A stretch of DNA of 64,000 nt, from the NCBI RefSeq assembly GCF_004765795.1, contig NZ_SBIV01000006.1, positions 124,001-188,000 of the forward strand, in the 5' to 3' direction. The position numbers were made by a program, and so were the translations under genes. A model generated the notes under the pieces. That model was not told where the DNA came from. It did no database searches and saw nothing but the letters and a program-made list of their open reading frames with translations. Positions 1-11,400 of the stretch are shown here, in pieces (the first letter of the stretch is position 1; each line of letters begins with the position of its first letter). The DNA comes from Halorussus marinus. GTDB taxonomy: Archaea; Halobacteriota; Halobacteria; Halobacteriales; Haladaptataceae.

Positions 1-1
1 C

Positions 2-613
2 GGGTCGCCGGTCGACCGAGTCCGGGCGATCGCCGAGACCGCGGTCGGGCGCGTCTCGGGCCTCGCCGGCGGGGTCGACTCGCGGGGGCTCGCACTCGCG
101 GTGGTCGTCGCGGTCGCGATCGTCGCGGCCGGGGTGCTCGGCGTACCGTCGATCCCGTTCATCGGCGGGGGCGGCGACGACATCACCGCCGAGTCGGTCT
201 CCCCCGAGGGGGCGAACGCCAGCCTCTACGTCGCGTGGAACGCCGCGACGACCGACACGATCGACCCCAACGAGTCCGACGAGTTGGCCTACCGGGCGCC
301 CGAGGGGACCCGGTTCGTCGTGGTTCGGATGTCGGTCAACAACACCGGCGAAACACAGACGCCGTTACGACAGGCCGCGTTCCGGTTCCGAGCCAACGGC
401 ACGACCTACGACAACCAGACGCTGGCCGACCACGACGGCTTCGTCGACCTCCCGATGGGGCCGACATCGAACCGCGTGGTCTGGACCGTGTTCGTGGTTC
501 CCGAGGGGGTTTCGGGCGGCACGCTCGTGTACGACCAGAACGCGACCGACGCGACGGTGGCCGTCGAGTTCGAGCGCGACACCGCCATCTCGACGAACGT
601 GACCGCGCGGTGA
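2..613 (+). CDS. DUF4352-like membrane-anchored Ig-fold protein (5' truncated by window)
   Basis: Frame open from position 2; TM segment then 'GTRFVVVRMSVNNTG...VFVVPEG...LVY' pattern typical of DUF4352. Confidence 0.6.
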   Translation, partial: GSPVDRVRAIAETAVGRVSGLAGGVDSRGLALAVVVAVAIVAAGVLGVPSIPFIGGGGDDITAESVSPEGANASLYVAWNAATTDTIDPNESDELAYRAPEGTRFVVVRMSVNNTGETQTPLRQAAFRFRANGTTYDNQTLADHDGFVDLPMGPTSNRVVWTVFVVPEGVSGGTLVYDQNATDATVAVEFERDTAISTNVTAR

Positions 614-685
614 CTCCCCGAACCCGTGGTACTGCGCCTCACACTCCGGGCAAGGCTTTTGCCGACTCCGGCCTAATCGCGCGGT

Positions 686-2323
686 ATGTGCCCTAACCGG
701 GCCACGTTGCAACGCGCTCTCGATCGCGGCGAGCGAGAGGGCGGCAGCGTCGAGTTCAAGGAGCGACTCACCAGAGACCTCCACCTCGGGGACGGTCGGA
801 TGGAGAGTCTGGCGGCACAGCTCAGACACCGCGTGCTGTCGGGCGACGGCGAGGCCACTTACGTGGTCGGCGTCACCGACGACGGCGGGATCGCGGGAAT
901 CAGCCACGACGCCTTCTCGGAGTCGATGGACGTGCTGAGCCTGCTCGCCGAGGAGGCGGGCGCCCACATCGAGGACGTCCAGACGTGGGGGATCGACGAC
1001 GACGGGTCGGTGGCGACCAACCGCGACGGCGGGGCCGACGGCCTCGTCGGCGTGGCGACGATCCGGGAGGGCGCGATGCTCGACACCGACAGCGACCACA
1101 TCGTCGTCGGGACCGCGGGCCACGTCGACCACGGCAAGTCCACGCTGGTCGGGTCGCTGGTGACCGGGCAGGCCGACGACGGCGAGGGCGGCACCCGGGG
1201 CTACCTCGACGTCCAGCCCCACGAGGTCGAGCGGGGGCTCTCGGCCGACCTCTCGTACGGCGTCTACGGCTTCGACGGCGAGGGGCCGGTCCGGATGGAC
1301 AACCCCCACCGGAAGTCCGACCGCGCCCGGGTGGTCGAGGAGTCCGATCGGCTGGTGTCGTTCGTCGACACCGTCGGCCACGAGCCGTGGCTCCGGACCA
1401 CGATCCGGGGGCTGGTGGGTCAGAAGCTCGACTACGGCCTGCTGACCGTGGCGGCCGACGACGGCCCCACGAAGACGACCCGCGAGCACCTCGGGGTGTT
1501 GCTCGCGACCGAACTCCCGACCATCGTCGCGATCACCAAGGCCGACGCGGTCACCGACGACCGCCTCGCCGAGGTCGAGCGGGCGGTCGAGCGCCTGCTC
1601 CGGGACGCGGGCAAGACCCCGCTCCGGATCGAGCGCTACGGCGTCGACGCCGCGGTCGAGGAGATCGACGAGAGCGTGGTCCCGGTGCTCACTACCAGCG
1701 CGGTCACGATGACGGGGCTCGACACCCTCGACGAGCTGTTCGAGCGCCTCCCCAAAACCACCGCCGACGCCGGGGAGTTCCGGATGTACATCGACCGGAG
1801 CTACTCGGTCACCGGCGTGGGAGCGGTCGCGTCGGGCACCATCATGGCCGGAGAGGTCGAGGCGGGCGACGAACTCCTGCTCGGGCCGATGGCCGACGGC
1901 GAGTTCCGGGAAGTCGAGGTGCGGTCGATCGAGATGCACTACCACCGGGTCGATCGGGCGACGGCCGGCCGGATCGTCGGCATCGCGCTGAAGGGCGTCC
2001 AAGAGGCCGACATCGAGCGCGGGATGGTGCTCGTGCCGGCCGGCTCCGAGCCCGAGCCCGTCCGGGAGTTCGAGGCCGAGGTCGTGGTGCTCAACCACCC
2101 CACCCGGATCCGCGACGGCTACGAGCCGGTGGTCCACCTCGAAACGATCAGCGAGGCCGCGCAGTTCCACCCCGAGGGCGGCCAACTGCTTCCCGGCGAC
2201 TCGGGTAAAACGCGCGTCCGATTCAAGTTCCGGTCGTACCTCTTCGAGGAGGGCCAGCGGTTCGTGTTCCGCGAGGGCCAGAGCAAGGGCGTCGGCACCG
2301 TCACCGACCTCGACCCCTCCTGA
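686..2323 (+). CDS. GTPBP1-family translational GTPase
   Basis: GHVDHGKST, DTVGHE and TKAD G-motifs; EF-Tu-like domains II/III; N-terminal 'VEFK...VGVTDDG' domain. Confidence 0.92.
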   Translation: MCPNRATLQRALDRGEREGGSVEFKERLTRDLHLGDGRMESLAAQLRHRVLSGDGEATYVVGVTDDGGIAGISHDAFSESMDVLSLLAEEAGAHIEDVQTWGIDDDGSVATNRDGGADGLVGVATIREGAMLDTDSDHIVVGTAGHVDHGKSTLVGSLVTGQADDGEGGTRGYLDVQPHEVERGLSADLSYGVYGFDGEGPVRMDNPHRKSDRARVVEESDRLVSFVDTVGHEPWLRTTIRGLVGQKLDYGLLTVAADDGPTKTTREHLGVLLATELPTIVAITKADAVTDDRLAEVERAVERLLRDAGKTPLRIERYGVDAAVEEIDESVVPVLTTSAVTMTGLDTLDELFERLPKTTADAGEFRMYIDRSYSVTGVGAVASGTIMAGEVEAGDELLLGPMADGEFREVEVRSIEMHYHRVDRATAGRIVGIALKGVQEADIERGMVLVPAGSEPEPVREFEAEVVVLNHPTRIRDGYEPVVHLETISEAAQFHPEGGQLLPGDSGKTRVRFKFRSYLFEEGQRFVFREGQSKGVGTVTDLDPS

Positions 2324-2360
2324 TCGCGTGGTTTTTGTAGGGCGAGCGAGCACTACGTTT

Positions 2361-2681
2361 GTGAACCGCGACAGAGCCGTCGAGATCGCCGTCGGCGTGT
2401 TCGTCACCGCGCTGTTCGTCCTGAGCGCCTTCGGGGTCTACGGCGCGGTGCTCGAGGGCGAGGGAGTGCTCTCGGCGCTGTTCGGGGTCTACCTCACAGG
2501 GCTGTTGTTGTTCGCGGTCCTTCGGGACTCGATGGGGACCCGCGGCTGGCGGCTCGCGTTCTTTTCGGGGGTCGCGGTCTGGGGTACCTACGAGTACTTC
2601 GCGGCCGACGGCGGCGTCCTCTCGCTAGCGCTGGCGGCGATCGGCGTCGTGATGGTCGCCGCGAACGCGATCGACCGGTAG
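2361..2681 (+). CDS. Small multi-pass membrane protein
   Basis: Four hydrophobic helices; GTG start about 25 nt after a TTTTTGTA TATA-like box. Confidence 0.65.
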   Translation: MNRDRAVEIAVGVFVTALFVLSAFGVYGAVLEGEGVLSALFGVYLTGLLLFAVLRDSMGTRGWRLAFFSGVAVWGTYEYFAADGGVLSLALAAIGVVMVAANAIDR

Positions 2682-2702
2682 TCCCGCGGTGAGCCGCCGG
2701 GC

Positions 2703-3443
2703 TCACCACGGCGCGTCGCGCAACTCCGCCAGCGACACGAGCGAGTAGTGGGGCGCCGGGTCGGGGTCCGCGTCCGACTCGGCCGGCACCCAGACCGACC
2801 GCAGTCCCGCGGCGTGGGCGCCCGCGACGTCCGAGGACAGGGAGTTGCCGACGTGGACGGCGCGGCCGGCCGGGATTCCCAGCGCGTCGAGCGCGCGGTC
2901 GAACGGCTCGGGGTCGGGTTTGGGCGGAGCGTCGTGGCCCGCGAACACGATCGTCTCGAAGCGGTCGGCGAGCCCCGCGGCTTCTAGCTTCGTCGTCTGC
3001 ATCTCCGGCGGCCCGTTGGTCACCACGCCGAGCGCGTGGTCCGCCCCGAGCGCGTCGAGGGCCTCGACCGCGCCCGGTAGCGTCGACACCCGGGTCTGGT
3101 CGCGCTCGGCCGCGTAGGCCGCGGCGACCCGCCGGCCGAGGGCGGGGTCGCGCCCGCGGCGCTCGGCGAGGTCGGCAAAGCAGGCCGCCCGGCCCTCCGC
3201 GATCGAGACGCCCGGTCCGAGGTGGTCGCCGAACCGTTCGAGGTACGCTTCGGCGCCGAAGAAGGGCTCGACGCCCGCCGCCTCGAAGGCGACTTCGAGC
3301 AGTTCGGTCGGCGAGCGGTCGTACTCGACGAGGGTGCCGTCGAGGTCGAACAGGACCGCGTCGGCGGGCGAGTCGGAAGTCGACGCCGCGCGGTCGTCGT
3401 TCGGATGCGGGTCGTCGTTCGGGTGTGGGTCGTCGCTCGTCAT
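2703..3443 (-). CDS. HAD-superfamily hydrolase
   Basis: FDLDGTL, VVTNG, KP.P and HVGNS..SD motifs. Confidence 0.9.
   Translation of the reverse strand: MTSDDPHPNDDPHPNDDRAASTSDSPADAVLFDLDGTLVEYDRSPTELLEVAFEAAGVEPFFGAEAYLERFGDHLGPGVSIAEGRAACFADLAERRGRDPALGRRVAAAYAAERDQTRVSTLPGAVEALDALGADHALGVVTNGPPEMQTTKLEAAGLADRFETIVFAGHDAPPKPDPEPFDRALDALGIPAGRAVHVGNSLSSDVAGAHAAGLRSVWVPAESDADPDPAPHYSLVSLAELRDAPW
3392..3435. repeat. 18-bp tandem repeat (about 2.4 copies) encoding DDPHPN in the HAD N-terminus
   Basis: ggtcgtcgttcggatgcg / ggtcgtcgttcgggtgtg / ggtcgtcg. Confidence 0.8.
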
Positions 3444-3469
3444 ACTGATGGGTTCGTCGTCGCCGCGGG

Positions 3470-3958
3470 TTACGGCCCGCGGTAGCCGCCGTCGGCGCGC
3501 TCGGCCAGTCCGAGGAGCACGCACCACTCCAGGATGTGCCCGACTCGCTCGCGCCAGAGCTGTTCCCACGAGTTCGGGTTCTTGTGGTGTTCCCACGTCG
3601 GCACCTCGTCGCGGAACCGCTCGAAAGCCGCCTCCACGGAGAGGGGCTCGTCGGCGTCGTCTAACGCCGCGAGGATCGCTGGCGCGCCGAAGACGTGGTC
3701 GCGGAACCGCTCGCGGAGGTACTCGGGGTCGGGGTCCCGGCGGAGCCGTACGAACCCCGAGTCGGTCTCCTCGGCCAACCCGAGCGCCCGGAGGAAGGTG
3801 AGCCACGTCCGGGCCTCGTCTCGCATCTGGAGGTCGGTCCGGTCGAGCAGTCGGGCACAGCAGTCGTCCTCGGTGCCGGGAACGAGCGGGACCGCCCGCT
3901 GGGCCTCGGCCACGGAGTCGAGATCGGCGGGCGGTTCGGGGACGAGCTTGAAACGCAT
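3470..3958 (-). CDS. Hypothetical protein (winged-helix/Mrr N-terminal-like), coupled to mch
   Basis: MRFKLVPEPP...WLTFLRALGL...W..LLGL; TGATG overlap with the mch stop. Confidence 0.75.
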   Translation of the reverse strand: MRFKLVPEPPADLDSVAEAQRAVPLVPGTEDDCCARLLDRTDLQMRDEARTWLTFLRALGLAEETDSGFVRLRRDPDPEYLRERFRDHVFGAPAILAALDDADEPLSVEAAFERFRDEVPTWEHHKNPNSWEQLWRERVGHILEWCVLLGLAERADGGYRGP

Positions 3959-4896
3959 CAGTCCCCGAGGCCGAAGCTCTCGGCCAGCAGTCGTTCGTCG
4001 CGCCCGCCGACGACGTGGGTGTCGCCGCCGATCACGTTGACCGTCGCCCGCGCGGGCGCGAAGACGCTCTCGTCGACCTCGTAGAAGTCCCAGTCGACCG
4101 ACTCGAAGATGTCGGCGAACCGCGTGCCGTACTCGTCGGTCGCGGTCGAGACGATCTCGTCGAACCGGTCGAACTCCTCGCGGACGGTGAGGTGGACCCG
4201 ACCGCCGTACGCCAGCGCGTCGTTGGTGCGAGCGATGGCGGTCTGCTCGTCGTCCGCGACCGGCGCGACCGGCGCCGACCCCGTCGCGTTCACCACGTCG
4301 AGGGGGTCGTAGCCCAACTCCGAGAGCCGGAACACCGCCATCTCGGCTGCGCGGGCCGCGACGCTGACGCTCCCGGCGAGGCTCGCGGTCGGCGCCGTCG
4401 GGAGGAAGACGCTCGACGGCTCGACGCCGGTCAGGTCCGCGACGTGGTCGGCGACCGACGCCGTCGGGTAGTCGTCGCTCTCGACCGCCAGCACCGCGAA
4501 CTCGAACTCGTCGCGGTAGCCCACCCGGGCGAACTCCTCTTCGTCGGCGACCAGCGCGCGGGCCGGCCCGCTCCCGAGGCCTTCGAAGTCGTCGGTCGCG
4601 ACCTCCCAGCCGGCCTTCTGGGCGCACAGCAACGCCAGCGCGGGATGGTCGGTCGAGAGCTCGACGTGGGGCAACGGGGCGTCGGCCACGTCGTCGAGCC
4701 GGCTCTGGACCGTGGCGAGCCCGCCGGTCTGGAGCTCCGCGAGCAGGAGGCCGGCCTCGACGCCGGCGTCGAACTCGTGGCCGAAGTCGAGCACCGTCGC
4801 GCCGTTGTCGAGTTCGTGGGCGCCGATGTCGAGTTCCTCGGCGAAATCGAGCGCTTCGTCGGCGAGTTCGAGCGCGTTGCGATTGAGACTGTCCAT
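3958..4896 (-). CDS. mch: Methenyltetrahydromethanopterin cyclohydrolase
   Basis: SLN, QKAGW, GSGPARAL, RTNDALAYGG and FAPA motifs. Confidence 0.93.
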   Translation of the reverse strand: MDSLNRNALELADEALDFAEELDIGAHELDNGATVLDFGHEFDAGVEAGLLLAELQTGGLATVQSRLDDVADAPLPHVELSTDHPALALLCAQKAGWEVATDDFEGLGSGPARALVADEEEFARVGYRDEFEFAVLAVESDDYPTASVADHVADLTGVEPSSVFLPTAPTASLAGSVSVAARAAEMAVFRLSELGYDPLDVVNATGSAPVAPVADDEQTAIARTNDALAYGGRVHLTVREEFDRFDEIVSTATDEYGTRFADIFESVDWDFYEVDESVFAPARATVNVIGGDTHVVGGRDERLLAESFGLGD

Positions 4897-4969
4897 GGAC
4901 GTGGGTTGGGCGCGATCCGGTAAACAGTTTTCAGTCTGGCTCGCGCGGGCGTTCGGCGCCCGCGAGGTG

Positions 4970-5281
4970 TTATCGGTCGCGTCTCGCCTCGCGGCCCAGC
5001 GCGTCCTCGACGGCGTCGACCTTCTCGCCGGCGCGCTGGTCGCGCACTCGCTTGTCGTCGATCTTGAGGAACGTGCTCACCCGGTCGCCGTCGACCGCCT
5101 CGTGGGCGGCCTGTGCGGCCGCGAACAGCTCGTCGACCGAGTCTGCCTCGATCGTGGTCCCCATCGGCGTCGTCTCGTAGGAGACCTCGAAGTCATCGAG
5201 CGCGGCGACCGCCTTGGCGACCTCCCCGGCCATGCTACCTTCGGTGACTGGTGCGACGCTCAGGAAACCGATCGTCGTCAT
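4970..5281 (-). CDS. MTH1187/YkoF-family thiamine-binding protein
   Basis: SVAP...YETTPMGTTIE...RVSTFLKIDDKR...KV. Confidence 0.88.
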   Translation of the reverse strand: MTTIGFLSVAPVTEGSMAGEVAKAVAALDDFEVSYETTPMGTTIEADSVDELFAAAQAAHEAVDGDRVSTFLKIDDKRVRDQRAGEKVDAVEDALGREARRDR

Positions 5282-5408
5282 ACCGGACTACGCGCGCCCG
5301 AGCCAGTTCAAGATACCGCCGCGCGACCGCTCCGGGGTCGCCTCGCGTCCGGGGCGGCGACCGCCCGGCGGTAAGTCAGGTTTCATATCAGAATTTAGTT
5401 TCTAATTG

Positions 5409-5428
5409 AAGGAAAGTATTTAAATATA
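5409..5428 (+). promoter_or_regulatory. BRE/TATA promoter of the subtilase gene
   Basis: AAGGAAAG followed by TATTTAAATA in an AT-rich island, 32-40 nt upstream of ATG 5458. Confidence 0.65.
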
Positions 5429-5457
5429 CGTAGTGGGACCTGCCGTCGATCACTCGA

Positions 5458-8400
5458 ATGAGCGACCGGCCCCGTCCGCGGGCGCGACGGCTCGCGGCGA
5501 CGCTCGCGTTCGTCGCGGTACTCGTGACCAGCGCCGCGGTTCCGGCGTTCGCGGCGCCGGCCCCGACCGGTGGCGCGCCGGCCGCCGCCGACCGCGCGGC
5601 GACGGCTGTCACCGCCCCGCCGGCCGGACTCGGACCGGACGCGACCGCCTCCGAGGGCATTCCGCGCCCGCCGGGGGTCAACGAGACCGCCGACGTCGAG
5701 ATCATCGGCGCGAACGACTCGGAGTCCCCGACGGGCGCGAACCGGACCGACGTGACCCTCGTCACCGGCCAGACCGTGACCGCGGTCGAGACCGCGAACG
5801 GGACCCGATACCGGGTCGCCAGCGACGACCGAATGCGGAAGGTGACGACCGGCGACGCCACCTACGTCTACCCCGCGGGAGTCGACTTCGAGACGTTCGG
5901 CCGCCGGCTGTTCGACGTCGATCTCCTCGTTCGACAGAACCTGACCGACGCCGAGACCGACGCTATCCCGGTCATCGTCAGCGGCCCCGACCGGCCGGGC
6001 CCGACGGCCGAGGAGCGAACTCCGGCCGACACGCTCGAGGCGGTCGAGGGCGTCCGACCGCGGGCGACCCTCGACAGCATCGGGGCCGCGGCCGCGACCG
6101 TCGGGAAGGCGCGGGCCCGACGGGCCGCCCGGCGGTTCGCGGCCGACGACGCCGTCGCTCGCGTGACCCTCGACGCGAAACACCGCCTCGACCTGCGCGA
6201 CGCCGACGAAGCGGTCGGCGCGACGCGGGCCCGCCGGACCTACGGCGCGACCGGCGACGGGGTCACGGTGGCGGTCGTCGACAGCGGCATCGACGACGAT
6301 CACCCCGCGATCGACCGGGTGGTCGCCGAGCGCGATTTCACCTACGAGGGCCGGACCGACGATCCCAACGGTCACGGCACGCACGTCGCCGGCATCGTCG
6401 CCAGCGACGACGAGACCTACACCGGGATGGCGCCCGACGCCAGCCTGATCGACGCCCGGGTGCTGACCGAGGACGGGTGGGGGTACACCTCGTGGATCCT
6501 CGCTGGGATGGAGTACGCCGTCGACAGCGGCGCCGACGTCGTCAGCGTGAGCCTCGGCGGGAGCGTCGGCTCCGAGCGGTCCGACGACCGTTACACTGAG
6601 GCGGTCGACAGCGCGACCGATCGCGGCGCCGTGGTGGTCACGTCCGCGGGTAACGGCGGCGACGCGTACGGCACCGTCACTACGCCCGGCATCCAGTCGC
6701 GGGCGCTCACGGTCGGCGCGAGCGTCGACGACGACGGGATTCCGGGCTTCTCCTCGCGCGGGCCCACCAAGTACGGCTACTACCTCAAGCCCGATCTGGT
6801 CGCCCCGGGCTGGGGCGTCGTCAGCGCGGCGGCCGGCACCGACGGCTTCGCGCGCAAGACGGGCACGAGCATGGCCGCCCCGGCGGTCAGCGGGGTCGCC
6901 GCGCTCCTCCTCGAGGACAACCCCGACTGGTCGCCCGCCCGGATCCGGGGCGTCCTGACGGCGACGGCCGACCCACTCTCCGGGCCAGACGTCTACACGC
7001 AGGGGGCGGGCGTCCTGAACGCCACCGAGGCGCTCGGCTCTGAACTGGCGGTCGCGCCCGCCACCGTCGACTTCGGCACCCTTCGGCGCGGCGACGACGC
7101 CGCCCGGACCGTGAAGCTCACCAACACCGGCGACGAGACGACGACCGTCGACGCCGACGCCGCCGCGACCGACGTCCGAGACGGCGACGCGGCGCCGGTT
7201 TCGGTGAACCGCTCGACCGTCTCGGTCGACCCCGGCGAGACCGCACACCTCCGTCTCGCGGTCGACGCCGGCGACGCGTCGCCGGGCACCTACTCCGGGC
7301 GGCTCTCGGTCGGAAACCACACCGTCGTCTTCGGGTTCGTCCGCGAACACGCGATCACCGTCGAGAAGGCGCCGGTCCCGAACACCTCGACGGCGGGCGA
7401 CCGCGTCTGGCTGTTCGCCGACCGACCGGGCCGGTCGAAGCTCACCGGCCGGGACGGGCTCGTCCGGCTGAACGGCTCGTCGACCACCTACCACGCGGTC
7501 GGCGGCGGGACCTACCGGCTCCTCTCGTCGGGCCGCGACGAGCGGACCGGCGAACCGATCGTGTTCGAGCGGACGCTGACCGTCGACGGCGACGAGCGGG
7601 TCGTCCTGAACGAGACCGAGACGGTCCGCCACGACCTCGACACCGGCGAAATCGGCCCGGTCGCGACCCGGAACGTGACCGTCGACTACGCCGCGACCAC
7701 CGCGTCGGGCCGGACGTACGGCGGCTCCATCACCGCCCCGAACCCGGACGCGCCGGCGGTCCGGTTCGGGCCGGACTCGGCGCTGAACGCCACCGTGGGC
7801 CGCCTGTTGGTCTCGAACGGCTCCGGGGACGGGGCCGCGTTCGACGCGGCCGCGGTCTACCACCTACTCCACGAGGTCGACGGCGTCGACGGGGGTCGGA
7901 CGACGACCGTCGACCCCGACGCGCTCGCGGCGAAGAACGTGACCTACCGGCGGGCGAGCCGGGACGGCTCGTACGAGGCGACGATGCGGGCGACTGCGGG
8001 CGAGTTCACCCACGCCGTCGTCGGGGGCGTCGGCGACCGCCGGACCCAGACGGTGTATCTCACCGACGGCGTCGACGACCACGCGATCGGCGCGTCCGGC
8101 GACGAGTGGCGGCTGACCCCGTCGGCGACCGGCTTCCACGGGCCGAACGCGACCAGCGAGGTCGCGTTCAACCGCCACCCGTTCCTCGGGAGCCTCCGGT
8201 GGACCGTCGACGACGGCGACCTCCGATATCGCGCGGCCGGCCAGACCGACGGGGACGGCCACCGGTTCGCGGACGGTCGCGCGGACTCGATCCGGGTCCG
8301 GGTCGACGGCCGCGAGAGGCTCTCCCGAGAGCTCGGGGGCGCGCCGGCGTGGCGAGACCCGGGCGTCGAGATCGCCCCCGGCGCCGATCTCGAACTCACG

Positions 8401-11400
8401 GTCGTCGGCCGGAACGGCGCGACCCCGCTCTCGACCCGGACCGTGACCACCCACCGCGCGACCTACGCGCCGGGCGACGACGACACGCCGCCGGGGCTCC
8501 GCTCGCTCGCGGTCCGCGAGCTGTCGGCGAACAACACCGCCGGCCGAGACCTCCGGGTGCGGTTCGCGGTCGACGGCGACGCAGAGCGCGCGGAGGCGTG
8601 GCTGGCGACCGACGCCGAGGCGGTCCCGTTCGGCGGCGACTCGGCCCCGGCGGGCGACGATCCGACGGGCTGGACCGCGGGGTCGGTCGAGCGCGTCGAC
8701 GCGCCGGGCGACGCCGCGGTCTACGAGGCGACCTTCCGAGTGGCGGCGGGGCATCTCGGCCGGGTTGACCTCGCGGTCGCCGCGACCGACGACCGGGGCA
8801 ACGCGATGGAGTCGACCGTCTTCGACGCCGTCCGGGTCGACGCTCGGGGACCGGCCGTCGCGGTCGCGTCGCTCGGGGCCGACGGGTCGACCGCGACCGA
8901 CGGCTCGATCCACACCAACGGCACGGTGTCGGCGAACGTCACGGCCGACGACGCCGCCGGGGCGGTCGGGAACGTCTCGCTCGGGCTGTCGGCGGCGTTC
9001 GCGAACTACCGGACCGAACTCCCCGCCGCCCGGACGCCCGACGGCGACTGGGCGGTCGACGGCGACCTGACCGACCTGCCCGACGACGGCACCTACTCGG
9101 TCCGGGCGCTCGCCCGCGACCGGTTCGGCAACGAGAACCGCACCGCCCCGGCGGGAACGGTCGCGCTCGATCGCGAGCCCCCGGCGCTCGGCGCGACGCT
9201 GACCCGGGTCGACGACGCGACCGGCCGGGTGACCGTCTCGGCCGACGAGCCGCTGGCGTCGACGCCCGAGGCGACGGTCGAACGTCCGAACGGCACGGCG
9301 ACCGACGTGGCGCTGAACGCGACCGGCGACCGCGAGTGGGCCGGGACCGTCTCGCTCGCGGACGGCGACGCCGGCTACGGCGTGACCGCGACCGCCACCG
9401 ACCGCGCCGGCAACCCCGGTCGCGCGGTCTCGAACGCGAGCGTCGCGGCGGTCGACGCCAGCCCCGGTCGCCCGGCGACGGTCTCGCCGGCGGGGTCGGA
9501 CGCGTTCGTCCGACTCCGGACCGACCGGGGTACGAACGGCTCGGTGACTCTGACCCAGAGCGGGTCGGCGCTCGCGCCGCTCGAACCCGGACTGACCGGG
9601 CTGGGCTTTCTGAACGGCGATCTCGACTCGGCGGTGTCCGGCGCGCTCGCGAACGCAACCGTCGGAATCCCCGTCGACGAGTCCCGACTCCCGCCCGGCG
9701 TCGCACCCGGCGACGTCGAGGTACGCTACCGCGACCCGGCGACCGGCGGCTGGGACCGGCGTGCGACCGCGGTCCGGAACGTGACGGTGGACGGCGCCAC
9801 GGACGCCTACTGGGTCGCGAACGTCACCCGCTTCTCGACGTACGGCGCGGTCGCGCCCGACGAGACCCCGCCGACGATCGACGGTCGGGCGCCCGACGGC
9901 GGCGAGTACCGGCGCGACGGTGGGGTGCCGGCCGTCGCGTTCGAGTACGGCGACGACCGCTCGGCCGTCAACGCCAGCGCGGTCGAACTGTTCGTCGACG
10001 GCGAGCGCGTGACCGACGCTCCCGCGACCAGCGTCACGAGCGAGGCCGTCCGGTACGGCGGGGCGTTCGACTACGGGACCCACGCCGCGACCGTCCGCGT
10101 GGTCGACGAGGCGGGCAACGCGGCGAACGCGACGACCACGTTCGCGGTCGTCGGCGACGAGACGCCCCCGCGCGTGGTCGAGGCCTCGCCCGCCGACGGC
10201 GCCGAACTCCCGGCGGGCACCGACAGCCGCCGGTTCGAGTTCGCGCTCGCCGACGACGCGACCGGCGTGAACCCCGACGCCGTGCGAGTCCGGTACGACG
10301 GCGCGGATGTGACCGCCGACGCGACCGTCTCCGCCGACGCGGTCGCGTACACCGTCGACTCGCTGGCCGACGGGTCCGACCACGCGATCGAACTGGTCCT
10401 CGAAGACGAGGCCGGCAACGGCGCGACCTACACCCACGCGTTCGGCGTCGCCGACTCGGAGCCCGAGCAGACCGGCGGTGGCGCCGGCGGCGGAGGCGGG
10501 TCTGGCGGCGGGTCCGTCCCGCCTCCGTCAGTCCGGGCCGAGGTCACCGAGCGCGACGCCGCCAGCGCCACGATAAAGATAGTAAGCGCCCGCGCGGACG
10601 CGCCCGGTCGCGTGACGCTCGACGACGGCCTCCGCGGGGGCGAGGTCGCGTTCCGGACGGTCGGACTCACGCCGGCGAGCTCGGAGCCCGAGCCGCGATT
10701 CTTCCTCGGTCTCGACGCCTCCGCGGGGGCGCCGACCGGCGTTCCCGCGCTCGCGGACGCGAGCCGGACGCTCGGCTACCTGAACGCGACGCCGACGTAC
10801 ATCGCGGACGGCGAACTCGACGCGGTGTGGGTAAGCTTTGGGGTGGACACCGCGACCACGGACGCCCCGGCCGGCGTCTCGCTGTACCGGTACGCCGACG
10901 GCGACTGGCGGCGACTCGACACCGATCTCGTCGGGACGCGGGACGGCGCCCACCGATTCACCGCGAGCGCCGCCGGCACCGGCGCCTTCGCTGTCGGGCT
11001 CGACGAGCCAGTCTTCGAGGTGCGGAGCGCCGGCCTGAACGCCTCGTCGGTGCGGGTCGGCGAGGCGGTCGCGGTGACAGCGAGCGTCGAGAACGCGGGG
11101 ACGGCGGCCGGTATCGAACGCGTCGGGCTCGCGGTCGACGGCGAGACCGTTGTGACGGCGAACGTGACGCTCGCGCCCGGCGAAACCGAGGCCGTTCGGT
11201 TCGATCGGGCGTTCGAGACGCCCGGAGAGCGCTCGATCGCGGTGGGCGGGGCCACGGCGGGGACGCTCGCGGTGACCGCAGACCGGGCCGAGACGCCGGA
11301 ACCGACGACCGCCGAAACCGACGCGACCGACGACCCGACCCGCGACGGCGGAACCACCACTGGGGCGCCGGGATTCGGACTCCTCGCGACGGTCGTCGCG

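Noticed and set aside
686..2323. SelB/selenocysteine machinery
   Set aside because: The GTPase has the GTPBP1-type N-terminal domain, and I saw no in-frame UGA selenoprotein in the window.
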